DNA of 63,885 bases, filler included, from Octopus bimaculoides (lineage: Eukaryota), in the NCBI RefSeq assembly GCF_001194135.2. It is 7 parts of 5 records of this genome, joined end to end, with 100 filler letters (N's around TTAATTAATTAA, not from the genome) between each part and the next. Parts side by side here need not be neighbours in the genome. Positions count along the whole stretch, not along the records: positions 1 to 12,196 come from NC_068984.1; positions 12,297 to 31,352 come from NC_068984.1; 5 more parts are not named here. One strand, 5' to 3'. Below are positions 1-12,440 of the stretch, one piece after another (position 1 is the first letter of the stretch; each line of letters starts with the position of its first letter). The notes below the pieces were generated by a model. It did no database searches and had not been told where the DNA came from. It worked only from the letters and a program-made list of their open reading frames with translations. The position numbers and the translations under genes were made by a program.

Positions 1-1108
1 CAAAAATGAAAATAACACTGACATCTCATTTTAACAGATATATGTACAAAAATTGCATAAAATATCTTGAAATACTAAAGAGTTAATAAAATCGCCATTT
101 GCTTCAATCTCCTGCAACTCTTCCGGATGGTCTCCTTGTTTAAGTTGGTGAATGCTGCCATAATAATATGGTGTCACACGGAGTTTTGTTGGTCTCTCGC
201 TCAACTGCGCCCCACATATAATAATCAAGAGGGTTGTAGTCTGAAGAGTTAGGAGTGATGTGGTCGCAGAAATTGTCTGACAGCCATGACTGCTTGTGTA
301 GGCATCTGCAGTCATTTTAACACCTTCAGGCACTTTCCAAGGACCAACCATAATACCTCCAATAATACCTGCCCAAATCATGATGCCCCCTCCCCCTTGT
401 TGACGTTTCAAGCGTTGATGACGATCTCGTCCATTTACAGTTCATCTCTTGCTCCAACTATCAGGTCCATCAAGGGTAGCACGAGTTTCGTCCGTAAGCA
501 AAACTTTTGAAAAGTCAACCTTCATGCTATCTTCTTCCCATTTCAGACGATTTTGTATATGCATTTTGTTTAAAGGAAGTCTTTTTACCGACCTATTTCA
601 GAAGACGAAATCGGGTAGTTCTGGACTTTATTGTTTCGCCAATGTATTTGAAAAGTTCTCCACTTCTAAGACCTGGATTCTTTACAGCTTCACGCTTAAT
701 TCGTGACAGAGAACGTTGAGAAACAGCCCGCGACTGACCCTTTATTGGCTCTCTTACGTATCTTCGTAGGAGCTGTAACAAATATTTTTACAGTTTAGTG
801 ATATCTTTTAATTATTTGATATATTTCTAATGTTGATTTACCTTCTGCAAGTTCAGAAGAAATAACAGATTCCTCCGAAGCAGTTAAGTCACATTTACGA
901 CTTAGAATTACACGATTATCAGACCACTCATTCCTAATTTGGAACACTGGAAGTTCGTGGAAATCATGCAAAGAGCCCCAGTTTGTTTACACGTGCGCAA
1001 AATCTCACATCACGCGCATATAACTGTTGCCATCATTCTGTGCAAATTTCGTTGAATTCCAACGAGTAGTTTTTAATAAAAAATGTTACGTCGTTAATAA
1101 TTTGAAAC

Positions 1109-1114
<6 letters not shown>
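1..1114 (-). mobile_element. Degenerate Tc1/Tc3-like DNA transposon
   Basis: Minus-strand peptides: HTH-like REAVKNPGLRSGELFK..SRTTRFRLL, then MKVDFSKVLLTDETRATLDGPDSWSKR*, then RQQGGGGIMIWAGIIG..VGP. These are the Tc3-type first catalytic D and the GGG-VM-W motif. A TIR-like CAATGCGTTTCAAATTATT lies next to TA at ~1114. Stops and frameshifts are present. Confidence 0.85.
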
Positions 1115-1139
<25 letters not shown>

Positions 1140-1452
1140 NNNNNNNNNNNNNNNNNNNNNNNNNNNNNNNNNNNNNNNNNNNNNNNNNNNNNNNNNNNNN
1201 NNNNNNNNNNNNNNNNNNNNNNNNNNNNNNNNNNNNNNNNNNNNNNNNNNNNNNNNNNNNNNNNNNNNNNNNNNNNNNNNNNNNNNNNNNNNNNNNNNNN
1301 NNNNNNNNNNNNNNNNNNNNNNNNNNNNNNNNNNNNNNNNNNNNNNNNNNNNNNNNNNNNNNNNNNNNNNNNNNNNNNNNNNNNNNNNNNNNNNNNNNNN
1401 NNNNNNNNNNNNNNNNNNNNNNNNNNNNNNNNNNNNNNNNNNNNNNNNNNTA

Positions 1453-1549
1453 GCTAAAGATATACAAATTAGGTGTTCATTTCCTGCATGTTGAGTATAC
1501 GGCTGGAAACCGTAACGGGAATTCAACACCTAATTTGTATATCTTTAGC
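1453..1549. repeat. Foldback hairpin with perfect 25-bp arms
   Basis: GCTAAAGATATACAAATTAGGTGTT (1453-1477) is the exact reverse complement of 1525-1549; pairing extends about 10 bp further inward with mismatches. Confidence 0.9.
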
Positions 1550-1697
1550 CAACTCTGATGAAATTCGATTTTTAAATGGTTTTAATTTTGTTAATTAATT
1601 TCTAAAGGCTTGGAATTGAAGCAGCTGTCAGAGATGTCAAATTTTTTAATTAATAAATAATTATTTATCAGTCATCTCTCTATTTTCTTATCTTCTT

Positions 1698-1754
<57 letters not shown>

Positions 1755-2504
1755 CTTTATGTTTGTGTTTGTCTCCCATCACAACTTGACAACCGGTTTT
1801 GGTGTCTTTATGTCTTCGTAACTGAAGCAAGTAAAAGATAAAAGGTATATATATATACGTACAAACATACATGCATGCATATATTATACACACACACACA
1901 CACGCACGCATACACACACACATACACACACACGCACGCACACATACGCACACCCACATACAAACACACGCAGTGGTATATCTATAAACACGTGCACATT
2001 CACTAACACATTTACGTAATAGAAATCTTTTGTTCGGTTTTCGGTGACAACTCTTGACAATAACAATGTTTGTCTGTGTTCCCACCCCCCTGAAAACAAC
2101 TCATCACGTGTGAATACCATTTACGAGGTCTGATTGCAGATTCATTCCAATGAAAAATCGCAATAGGGCCTCAACAAGGATTATCTTTCAAGAAAGTGTC
2201 TTTCCTGTGTGTTATTCTAGATGCTTGTCAATCTTCTAATTACACTCAAATATAACAGTTTGAACAAAAAAGTCAGTTGTCTTCCTTTAGATTTCTATGA
2301 TAATCAACCCCCATATCATGTTCGATATGACCAATAAACCAGACACTAGTGGAATACTTTCACCAAGCGGCTGACACTTATTCTTCTTTATTTCATTCTT
2401 TACCAATTTAGGATCATTTCGTCGTTTCGCCACGCCATAGATATACATATAGTTATTTCTGCACTCACAAACGCAATCCACCACCTACGCAATCATGAAT
2501 GCTG

Positions 2505-2910
2505 TTATTGTTTAGCTCCAAGTCAGCTCTGATGAAGCAGATGTATGATTGAAAGTGCTCAAACCGTGCCCAGCCTATCTTGTATCTCCAAGTCTAGATT
2601 ATTCAATGTGACTTCTTTTGTTTTTAAGATGGCAGGGTATGAGTCTGACGGCGATTTGCCTGCTACGTATTGCAAGCGGAGCTATTACTTAAATATAGAA
2701 CCCATAGTTGGCACACTTAATCATTTGATTATTGTTGTTTATGTCCAGGTAAGCCTGATAGGGCAGATCTAAGATCAAAGTTTTCCATCCATGACCACCA
2801 CGTCTTGGATTACGCTACTTGATGTGTACGTAATCTTGTTCTTAAAACAGCGGAGTTTAAGTTGATTGGGATTTGGCTGCTATTTGTACCGGATACAGTG
2901 ATCATGTTGA
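2505..2910. repeat. Two fragments of an unclassified dispersed repeat (family R, (AAC)n-tailed on the opposite strand)
   Basis: Shared cores CTGATCGAGCAGACCTATGATCAAAG and GATTTGGCTGCTATTTCTAGC recur near 10500, 13090, 19790-20110, 21130, 22290, 33490, 36550, 43830 and 51580. Confidence 0.7.
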
Positions 2911-3156
2911 TTCAACGTAGTCACTGGAGGTGCTAGAAATGGCGGTCAAATCTTCACTGCAGAGGCTGCCACGTCGTTTGGTAAACGAAACATATGTAAT
3001 CAATTCATTAAAAGCTCGGATGTGAATCTATAATGAATAACATAAAAGTTGCAGATTTAGTTTCACTATGAAATTCTCCTTTTCTCTAAATCCAAATGAA
3101 ATACTCATAGATGTCATATCAATGCATGATGTAATATCATCCTCTCATTTGCATAT

Positions 3157-3232
3157 TTTTGACTGCGGCTAAGCTGGAGCACCACCTTAAAGGGATTTTT
3201 AATAGAAGAAATCGACTCCAGGACTTATTCTG
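3157..3232 (-). mobile_element. SINE-A 3' tail fragment
   Basis: Reverse complement of AATAAGTCCTGGAGTCGATTT...GGTGCTCCAGC...CCGCAGTCA. Confidence 0.75.
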
Positions 3233-3235
3233 GAG

Positions 3236-3422
3236 GAGGAAAGAGTGAGAGAAAGTTGTGGCGAAAGAGTCAGCAGAAGTTCACCATTTCTTTCGGACGG
3301 AGCCGCGTGTAGCTTTGGTGTTTCGCTCATAAACACACACACATCGCCTGCTCTGAGATTCGAATCTGCAATTCCTCGACCGCGAGTCCACTGCTCTAAC
3401 CATAAGGCCATGTACCTCCACA
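3236..3422 (-). mobile_element. tRNA-derived SINE-C, 5' half
   Basis: Reverse complement GTGGAGGTACATGGCCTTATGGTTAGAGCAGTGGACTCGCGGTCG...GAGCGAAACACC...CACAACTTTCTCTCACTC is homologous to the full copy at 19274-19656. Confidence 0.8.
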
Positions 3423-4204
3423 CTACACGACCACAGTTCTTTATAGTTGTTGAGAAGGAATAAAAAATCACGCCTCAATAAATTTGGCCACGTCTCAACT
3501 TACTCTAGCATAAAACGCTTTAGAATAACAACAGTAGATAACCACTAGTGAAAACAACAGGCGGTAGTATAAAAAAGTCAGAGAAGACCTAAGTGTCTAA
3601 CATTATCAGTACAGTATATGAGATAAAATATAGTTTATTCTTGCTAAATCTTATATACAATATCAAGTGAGATGGTTGTAATTAGTGAGTCGTACAAAAC
3701 CGGCTCAGTAAAAGGTAGGGCCTAACCGGAAAAAACTTCTGTTTGGCGGGAAAATAAGGCGCTCACTTGGTTAACAACATAAAAACAGCTGTTAAAGTGT
3801 GTTAACTTGAAAGAAAAAAAAAGCATAGAAAAAAATAAGCTAAACTACTAAACATACTTTTTCTAATGAAAAGATGTATATCGTGTGAATAATGCAACTA
3901 TAATGATTCACTTACAGTATAAAAAAAAATCTACGAAAAATTGTAAAAAGTTGTATTTGTGATATAGTTCACATATCTGCGTTGATGTTGTGTGTTGTGC
4001 TCATTAATAATATTCAAGTTAAATTGTTTAACCTTCAATGCTTTAAAAGAGCAATGAAGCTTGTGTTACATTGCTTCAATATTGTGTAGCTTGAATCAGG
4101 TAACTTTTAAGATAGTTTAAATTAAAAGTAATAATAAAATTTAAACGGCATTGTAAATTTACGTTATTGGTAGTTTCTGAATGGGTGTAAAGATAACAAT
4201 TTTG

Positions 4205-4372
4205 AGGGAAGGGGTTGTTGATATCATCGATCTCGTACTTTATTTTATCGACCTCTGAAAAGAGGAAAGCAAAGTTAACTTCGGCGGGATTTGAACTCAA
4301 AATATCAACAGCCGGAAGAAATACCGCAAGGCATTTTTCTACGACGCGCTAACGATTGTGCCAGCTTGCCAC
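4205..4372 (-). mobile_element. tRNA-derived SINE-B
   Basis: Homologous to 11386-11590; contains the B-box-like GAGTTCAAATCCCGCCG and a TTTGCTTTCCTCTTTT..GGTCGATAAAATAAAGTAC core. Confidence 0.8.
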
Positions 4373-4713
4373 CCTAACAATTGTGCCTGTTTTCCGACCT
4401 AACACGCACGAATAATACAAGGTATGTATTAACGTGCGAAATATCACTTTTCCTCACGTTATTCATTTGCCTCATTTGTGCTCTTAGTTTTTCAACAGAT
4501 CAGTTAAGTTTACTAATCACTCGAACAATTACGTCTGGCAATTTCGACAATTGATTACTTACTTTCTGTGAAGAGAGAAACATTTTGTATCAGTGGATAA
4601 ATACAATTCTCCACTTCAAGTAGAGCCAAACGTCCAATAATCAATGTGTCCAGTATTGCCTATCTTAGTATAAAATGTAAGGAAAGAGTGTAATTTTATT
4701 TACAACAAAACTA

Positions 4714-5062
4714 CGAGGGTGGGCTGAAAAGTTTACAGGCTGACTATGAAGAAGTGCATGAACTGCGAAATCTTGCATGAATTAATTTCAACATTTCTTA
4801 TCAAAAACTGCATTGTTTCTTTCCAAGTAAACTGAAATCTCACTGTTCAAAGAAAAATTCAAAGTAACTAGTAGCCACTTCTCTTGAAAATCGACAAAAT
4901 GTGGTATCGCCGTGTTATCAAGCACCTGCAGAAAAAGGGTTTTGCCTCGAATGACATTCATGCTGACATGGTTGCTACATTAGGGGGATAATGCTCCAGA
5001 TTTATCAACAGTGCAAAATGAGCAGCTGGATTTAGGAGGGTAAGGGAGAACCTTGAAGATGT
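4714..5062 (+). mobile_element. mariner 5' fragment (left TIR plus N-terminal HTH)
   Basis: TA|CGAGGGTGGGCTGAAAAGTT TIR, then DKMWYRRVIKHLQKKGFASNDIHADMVATL-GDNAPDLSTVQ..AAGFRRVRENLED with frameshifts, a mariner N-terminal HTH. Confidence 0.8.
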
Positions 5063-5679
5063 AATAGTATAATGTAATCTTTGAAGAAAAGAAGAAGACA
5101 GTTCAAGGAACTCTCAACCAGTTTTTTAAGCGCATCAAACAAGAACAGCAGAGTCAGCTGTTGATGTTGATGGTCTACAGCCATCTACATCCGCGAGGTA
5201 AACCACCAAATTTTATGTACGTATTGGTAAATTTAAAATAATTTAGTTTTTTTTTTACTATTGCAAAATGATAATAATTATTGAATTTATTTTTACAGCT
5301 TAAAAAAGGCTTTTATTTTACCATGTCTTATTACAAACCGCATTCATAAATAAAGCGTCCGCGATGTACAGTAAACACCGCCAAATTGTATTCGTAAATT
5401 TAGATTACTTCTTTTTTTATTGTACTGTATTAAAAAATAAAAAATTATTTGTTTGTAAGCTTAAAATAGGTTTTTCATTAACCATGTATTATTGAAAATG
5501 CATTCATAAATAAAGTACAGAACTGGGAATGGTTATTATCGGTTTAGCCTAGTGACAAGTAAATTCGCCCTAACCTAGCCTAGCCTAACCTAGAAACAAG
5601 TTAATACGACTTCTGTCGTTTGTCGACTTAAGTCGTGTCTCCTGGAACCAATTAACGATGTAGGGGTGAGGTATGCCTG
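5063..5679 (+). mobile_element. Tigger/pogo 3' fragment with right TIR
   Basis: IFEEKKKTVQGTLNQFFKRI is a TIGD-like C-terminus. The element ends ...GGAACCAATTAACGATGTAGGGGTGAGGTATGCCTG|TA, whose reverse complement CAGGCATACCTC is Tigger-like. It contains a ~165-bp tandem duplication (5191-5517). Confidence 0.75.
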
Positions 5680-5681
5680 TA

Positions 5682-6575
5682 TTTATATATACAGTTACTT
5701 ACCACACAGCGACTATCATGTTTCAGATATACCTATGTTTCTAACTTCTCCGTTCAGATATAAACATACAAATTTCTTTCACATAAGCAGAGACAATCTG
5801 ACAGCGAAGCCATACGCACACAGACACAAATTCACAGCGAAACGAAAATCATCGACACACCAACAAAAAGACAACCACACAACGCCTTGCCCTGCATTCC
5901 AGTAATATAGCGTCGGAATTTCAGTAAAAACACTGACACCATTCAGCATTTTGTAAATTCATTTCACTATTATTTACTCATATTCCTTATCAAAAACATT
6001 TCTTATTCTCTTAAGCTCTTCTTCTATATGATATACCTATTTTCCTTGCATTACTGTAATATAGCGTTCGAATTTCATTTCACTATTACTTGATATTTAT
6101 TATAAAAAAATGTCTCATAAAAAAAGACCGTTACAAAACGAAGACCAAACAAATGCATAACGTGCATCAGGCAACGAAGATGAGACATGCGCACAGTTTG
6201 CAGATCAGAGACAGAGATAGAAAGCTCGACGTGCATCTAAAACCGAACTTCAAGGAAATGCATGACTTGCAGATAGCAAACAAAGAACGGCAGCTCGACT
6301 TGCAGCAGAAAACGAAGACGAAAGACATGCACGACTTGCAGCTGATCGTCTTCGAAAAGCATCACATCGCATGCAAGAAACAACACAAGAAACTGCAAAT
6401 AGACTTGCAGATAACCAACAAAGAATGATATTGATCTTTCTTCTACTTCAATTATTACATAGTTTTCTCTTCTAAAAATGCACACATGTAGGAGGAGTAA
6501 ATTATATATATAATAATACATTCAACGTGGCTCCAGATAAACAGCAAAAGTAATTACCCGATCAACGACGGGTAT
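5682..6575 (+). mobile_element. Non-autonomous or degenerate Helitron remnant (Rep/Hel N-terminal repeats)
   Basis: The frame from 6110 gives MSHKKRPLQNEDQTNA*RASGNEDET...RTAARLAAENEDERHARLAADRLRKASHRMQETTQETANRLADNQQR, resembling STPR-type repeats of Helitron Rep/helicase N-termini. A 3' hairpin TACCCG-N8-CGGGTA lies at 6555-6574, but the terminal CTAG is absent. Confidence 0.65.
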
Positions 6576-7044
6576 ATATGTGTGTTTATGCGTGCATGTG
6601 TTTGCATATATATTTATGCATTTTCGTGTGTGTATAATGCTCCTTGTCAAAGCTATCCAAAGTTGTCTTTCGGATATATTAAATAGTTCAAATATAAAGC
6701 AGACATCCTCAGTGATTATTTTATTTTTAAAAGGTATAATTAAAAAGAGAATGTATTAATGTACGCCTGCGAAGAGGCGAGTGACAGATTTCCTCGTTTT
6801 ATGATAGGCCGGTTTTTCAGGTCAGCTTGCTGAGAACGAAATATGTTTAATTTATAATCTAAAATATGTCTATTTATTTTAAAATACAGCGTAATTTTCC
6901 ACTTTCTTGTTCTCTTTAATTTGGGGGTTTCCCTTTTATCATTCCTCTCTTCATGCTTGTAATTATGTATGTATGTATGTATGTATGTATGTATGTATGT
7001 ATGATTTATGTACATAGACATGTATGTGTATGTGCATGTTTGTA

Positions 7045-7235
7045 AATATCGTTAGCATGCCAGGCAAAATGCTTAGCGGCATTTCGTCCGTCTTTACGTT
7101 CTGAGTTCAAATTCCGCTTAGGTGACTTTACTTTTAATCCTTCCAGGGTCCATAAAATTGAGCGCTGGGGCCTATGTAATCGACTTACTCCCTGTCCCAA
7201 AATTTCTGGCCTTGTGCCAAAATTTGAAATCAATA
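7045..7235 (+). mobile_element. SINE-B
   Basis: GTTAGCATGCCAGGCAAAATGCTTAGCGGCATTTCGTCCGTCTTTACGTTCTGAGTTCAAATTCCG...GGCCTTGTGCCAAAATTTGAAATCAAT. Confidence 0.85.
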
Positions 7236-7604
7236 TTTACGTAAGCGCTGTAAGGTTAATATAGATTGTGTTCGCAATCAGGTTTCGATTCGAAGTTGAT
7301 GCTGTTTCAGTTTACTTAACCCGTCACCTCTCATTAAAAAAAGCATAGCCATAACACTGCCATATTACTGCTTGCTTAAAGTTTCGCTTTATGCGAAAAT
7401 ATTATCAAGCTGATAAAAATAATACAATTGTAAGCTATATTACCATTGGTGTTGTCTCATCAATTTTACTGAGGGCTTTCACAAAATGTTGATACATATA
7501 TCAGGATGCTTGCATGTATGTATGTGTATATGGTATATGTATGTATGTATGTATGTATGCATGCATGTACTATGTATGTGTGTATGTTTGTATGTATAAA
7601 TATA

Positions 7605-7641
<37 letters not shown>

Positions 7642-7642
7642 G

Positions 7643-7733
<91 letters not shown>

Positions 7734-8006
7734 GAGTATAAATATGAGTTTTATCACTTCAACATTTAAATTTAATTTGTCAAAATATGTTCGTCGCTTT
7801 GAAACCGCGACCTGTTCACTGACAAAATTCCGTGCTGCATCTGAGAAAGTAACAGTTACTTCATTATGTGTATGTATGTATGTATGTATGTATGTATGTA
7901 TGTGTGCATGTAAGTATGTGTGCATGCATATGTGTACATGCGTATGCATGCGTGCATGCCTATACGCATGTATGTACGTATGTACTTATGTATATATGTG
8001 AGTATT

Positions 8007-8266
8007 TAGGTATGTAAGTGTGTAGACGTGTCTGTGTGTGTGCATATGTGTATGTACGCGTGAACGCTTGTTTATGTTCTGACATGTGTGTCTGTTCAAG
8101 TTGTATATATGACCGTTACCCTGTCGAAGGTTGTATATATATATATATATATAGGGTAACAGTCATATATACAACTTGAACAAACTCACGTCAGTACATA
8201 AACATACGTTCACGTGTACATAAACATATACACACACACAGATACCTCTACACACTTACATACCTA
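8007..8266. repeat. Long foldback inverted repeat (~115-bp arms), MITE-like
   Basis: 8007-8122 is about 85-90% identical to the reverse complement of 8153-8266, with a 30-nt (TA)n-containing loop. Confidence 0.9.
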
Positions 8267-9170
8267 GGATCTATTCCATCTCAATCACAGATTTTTAAAT
8301 TAATTTTTTTTTAACTAAACAGTTTGAAACTTGAATACTGGTAGAATTTCTCACGGAGGACACGATTTACTCTGAACGTTCTTGAAAAATTTCGTATTTT
8401 AGAAGTTATTTCATGTTAAAGTTGTCGTATTTAAGTAAATTAGTTTAAGGGACCCTATGATTTTGCTAATTCAAAGCTTAAAAAAGACCCCATTAAATCT
8501 AGTGGCATAAAACAGTTTGAAGAGGATCTAAAACGTAAAAAGAGATCAGTTGACTCAGAGGGATTCAGTTAAATTTAATGGATTTTTAAATTCAAAAAGC
8601 ACCCAACATAAAAAGATGGTTCAATAATATTAAAAGAACTCTCTTAGGTTAAAAAAATTAAACAAGTAAATAAATTACAATTTATTTAATTGCACTAAAT
8701 ATACTTTTAAATTCTTACCCACAAGCATTGGGCTTCTCTGAGTTAAAGGGCCCATATTGGCTCATACATTGTAAGCTGCATTCGGAGAACTAGCGAAAGA
8801 TTCTGACCCGATGGTATTTCGATAACTGTAAACCATGGAGAATGTGTAATCGCTTTATGTGATAAATGACTGCAGGAATTGATGTAAATTAGAGATAAGT
8901 GTTTTTTTTTTTATTTCCGAGTCAGCAAAAAATATTTTTACCTACAAAGCACCGCCACTTCCAATTAATTACAAACGAATTCTCTGTAAATTATAGATTG
9001 GTTAAGCCACAATTTCATATCTGAATCTCATAAAGAATACTTGAAGATATGTTGATTTACAAACTTGGGAGTAAAATTTACAAATTCTGATCATTTTGAG
9101 AATAGGACATTATCGACATTCCTGGGTGGTGCAGAAGAACGAGTTCTACAAGATGGTTAGAGTATATATT

Positions 9171-9202
<32 letters not shown>

Positions 9203-9229
9203 TGTATGTATGTATGTATGTATGTATGT

Positions 9230-9281
<52 letters not shown>

Positions 9282-10420
9282 NNNNNNNNNNNNNNNNNNN
9301 NNNNNNNNNNNNNNNNNNNNNNNNNNNNNNNNNNNNNNNNNNNNNNNNNNNNNNNNNNNNNNNNNNNNNNNNNNNNNNNNNNNNNNNNNNNNNNNNNNNN
9401 NNNNNNNNNNNNNNNNNNNNNNNNNNNNNNNNNNNNNNNNNNNNNNNNNNNNNNNNNNNNNNNNNNNNNNNNNNNNNNNNNNNNNNNNNNNNNNNNNNNN
9501 NNNNNNNNNNNNNNNNNNNNNNNNNNNNNNNNNNNNNNNNNNNNNNNNNNNNNNNNNNNNNNNNNNNNNNNNNNNNNNNNNNNNNNNNNNNNNNNNNNNN
9601 NNNNNNNNNNNNNNNNNNNNNNNNNNNNNNNNNNNNNNNNNNNNNNNNNNNNNNNNNNNNNNNNNNNNNNNNNNNNNNNNNNNNNNNNNNNNNNNNNNNN
9701 NNNNNNNNNNNNNNNNNNNNNNNNNNNNNNNNNNNNNNNNNNNNNNNNNNNNNNNNNNNNNNNNNNNNNNNNNNNNNNNNNNNNNNNNNNNNNNNNNNNN
9801 NNNNNNNNNNNNNNNNNNNNNNNNNNNNNNNNNNNNNNNNNNNNNNNNNNNNNNNNNNNNNNNNNNNNNNNNNNNNNNNNNNNNNNNNNNNNNNNNNNNN
9901 NNNNNNNNNNNNNNNNNNNNNNNNNNNNNNNNNNNNNNNNNNNNNNNNNNNNNNNNNNNNNNNNNNNNNNNNNNNNNNNNNNNNNNNNNNNNNNNNNNNN
10001 NNNNNNNNNNNNNNNNNNNNNNNNNNNNNNNNNNNNNNNNNNNNNNNNNNNNNNNNNNNNNNNNNNNNNNNNNNNNNNNNNNNNNNNNNNNNNNNNNNNN
10101 NNNNNNNNNNNNNNNNNNNNNNNNNNNNNNNNNNNNNNNNNNNNNNNNNNNNNNNNNNNNNNNNNNNNNNNNNNNNNNNNNNNNNNNNNNNNNNNNNNNN
10201 NNNNNNNNNNNNNNNNNNNNNNNNNNNNNNNNNNNNNNNNNNNNNNNNNNNNNNNNNNNATGAAAAAGTGAGTAAATTAAAGAAAGTTCAGAAAGATGTT
10301 CATGATATTTCATGCGAACTTCTAGTATTTCTACTTCTTGTTCCTGGAATTTTTAACATATAATAAAATAATTACCACAGAGCTTATTTTAAAAGGCTCT
10401 CGCAATTTTCTTTACCGCTG

Positions 10421-10482
<62 letters not shown>

Positions 10483-11385
10483 AATTGTTGCCTGAGGGAT
10501 GTATTTCAAAGGTTTAGTATGAGTAAACAGGTTGGGAATATTGTTCTGCCGTCTTTAAAAAAGAACACCTTAGATAACGTACCTACGAAAAATACGTCAT
10601 TTTTTCGGCCGCCTTTTATCATAGATCAACTTTAGGTAACAACAATCGACGTTTCAGTTTAATTTCTAATGTTAATATTCCTCTATTAACAACGTTCTAC
10701 ATTGTGGATATCATTTCGGTTATACAAAAAGCCTTCGAAGTAGACGCTCGACCTTATTAGTTACATCAACTAAATTTCCTTCAAATAACATTTCAAAAGG
10801 ACATGAACGCACGCGTGCACTCCCACCACATTTTCATACATACATACATACAGACAGACATACATACATACATACAATCATACATACAGAATAATGTAGA
10901 TTTGGATACCTAATACCTTATTATACATATAACAAAGCGCGGGAAACGATGGCTTGAATGACCTTTATGACTCAGAATTATATATATCAACAAGACGTTT
11001 ATCATTAACATTTCTATGCTAAAGGATACTGATTAAATTATTACGTTGATGTTATTGGATACCATGTAAACGGTTACTTAAGATATTCCTATATAGACAC
11101 ATCTTTTCACTTGAAACGAAAATAATTTGCTATTAATATAATACAGATGTAACATATTTTTCAAGTTACTTTACTGTTAAACTAATAAATGCAATTTTTG
11201 CCAATGCAGACCAATACTACAATCTCTGGGTGTTATTCGTTTTTTTTCTTTATCTATTTTGTATATTATTATGTAAAAACATTTTCTGGGAAAATAGGTG
11301 TGCAAACTACAGTAAATTTTACAATATATAAAATGTACTGTAGTAATGTTACATGTTTCAATATGAATATTAACTTGGTCTTTAA

Positions 11386-11590
11386 GGCGACGAGCTGGCA
11401 GAAACGTTAGCACGCCGGGCGAAATGCTTAGCGGTATTTCATCTGTTTTTTACGTTCTGTGTTCAAATTCCGCCGAGGTCATCTTTTCGGAGTCGATAAA
11501 TTAAGTACCAGTTGCGTAATGGGTCGATCTAATCGACAGGCCTTCTCTCCCAAAATTTCGGGTCTTGTGCCTAGAGTAGAAAAGAATATT
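11386..11590 (+). mobile_element. Full-length SINE-B with target-site duplication
   Basis: tRNA-like head GGCGACGAGCTGGCAGAAACGTTAGC, B-box GTTCAAATTCC and tail GTGCCTAGAGTAGAAAAGAAT. Flanked by AATATTAACTTGGTCTTTAA (11366-11385) and AATATTATCTTGGTCTTTTAA (11585-11605). Confidence 0.9.
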
Positions 11591-12297
11591 ATCTTGGTCT
11601 TTTAAATACTTTCTTAATTGTATTTCTGTACGCTTATAATGTAAGTTAGTCTTTTTTTCCCTCTCTTTACTCCTGTATCTCTATTTGAGTACATGTGTGT
11701 GTATGTATGTATGTATGCATGCAGGCATGTATGCATGTATTTATGTAGATATATATATATATATATATATATTAGGTCATCCCATAAATAATGCGGGTGT
11801 GTATAAAAAAACTTATACATATGACACCGCTACACATACCACACACCTCATACACGCAGGGACACCACGTTAATAATACACACTTTCTCCACTTCAAGAT
11901 AATCTTGCCAGTTTCACAGCATACCCAACCAAGGGACATAACTCTTAATCCAATCCCCTGGACCCTTTTTCTTTTCACCACCTTTTCACAGCAGCCGCTG
12001 ATCGGTTGTACTAACCCACCTCCGACAATAGAGAGCAGTCGCCATATTCCCTTCCATATCGGCTAACTAAGATGAGTGTAAAGTTATATAATTGGATTGT
12101 TGTCTAACACCCCATTGTATTCTTTACGCGAAATCGATTGTTAAGATCAGCCGTGATGGATATCTAATACTATAAAATTCGAATAATATATATATANNNN
12201 NNNNNNNNNNNNNNNNNNNNNNNNNNNNNNNNNNNNNNNNTTAATTAATTAANNNNNNNNNNNNNNNNNNNNNNNNNNNNNNNNNNNNNNNNNNNNT

Positions 12298-12440
12298 GGA
12301 GTAATGTTTCATTTTATTGACCCGAAGAGGAGACAAGGCAGAGTTGACTTCGGCAGAATTTGAACGCGGAGCTCAGTGAGTTGAAACAGATGTTGCAAAT
12401 TATTCTGTCCTATGTTTTAACGACTCTGCCATTCCGCAGT
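12298..12440 (-). mobile_element. SINE-B, degenerate
   Basis: TTTTATTGACCCGAAGG...GGCAGAGTTGACTTCGGCAGAATTTGAAC...TAACGACTCTGCCA is the reverse complement of the SINE-B head and core. Confidence 0.7.

Noticed and set aside
3725-3770. E2F (TTGGCGGGAAAA) and ETS motifs as a promoter
   Set aside because: Isolated motifs with no gene start nearby.
5545-5595. Telomere-like CCTAA/CCTAG run
   Set aside because: Only a few degenerate units, lying within the Tigger subterminal region.
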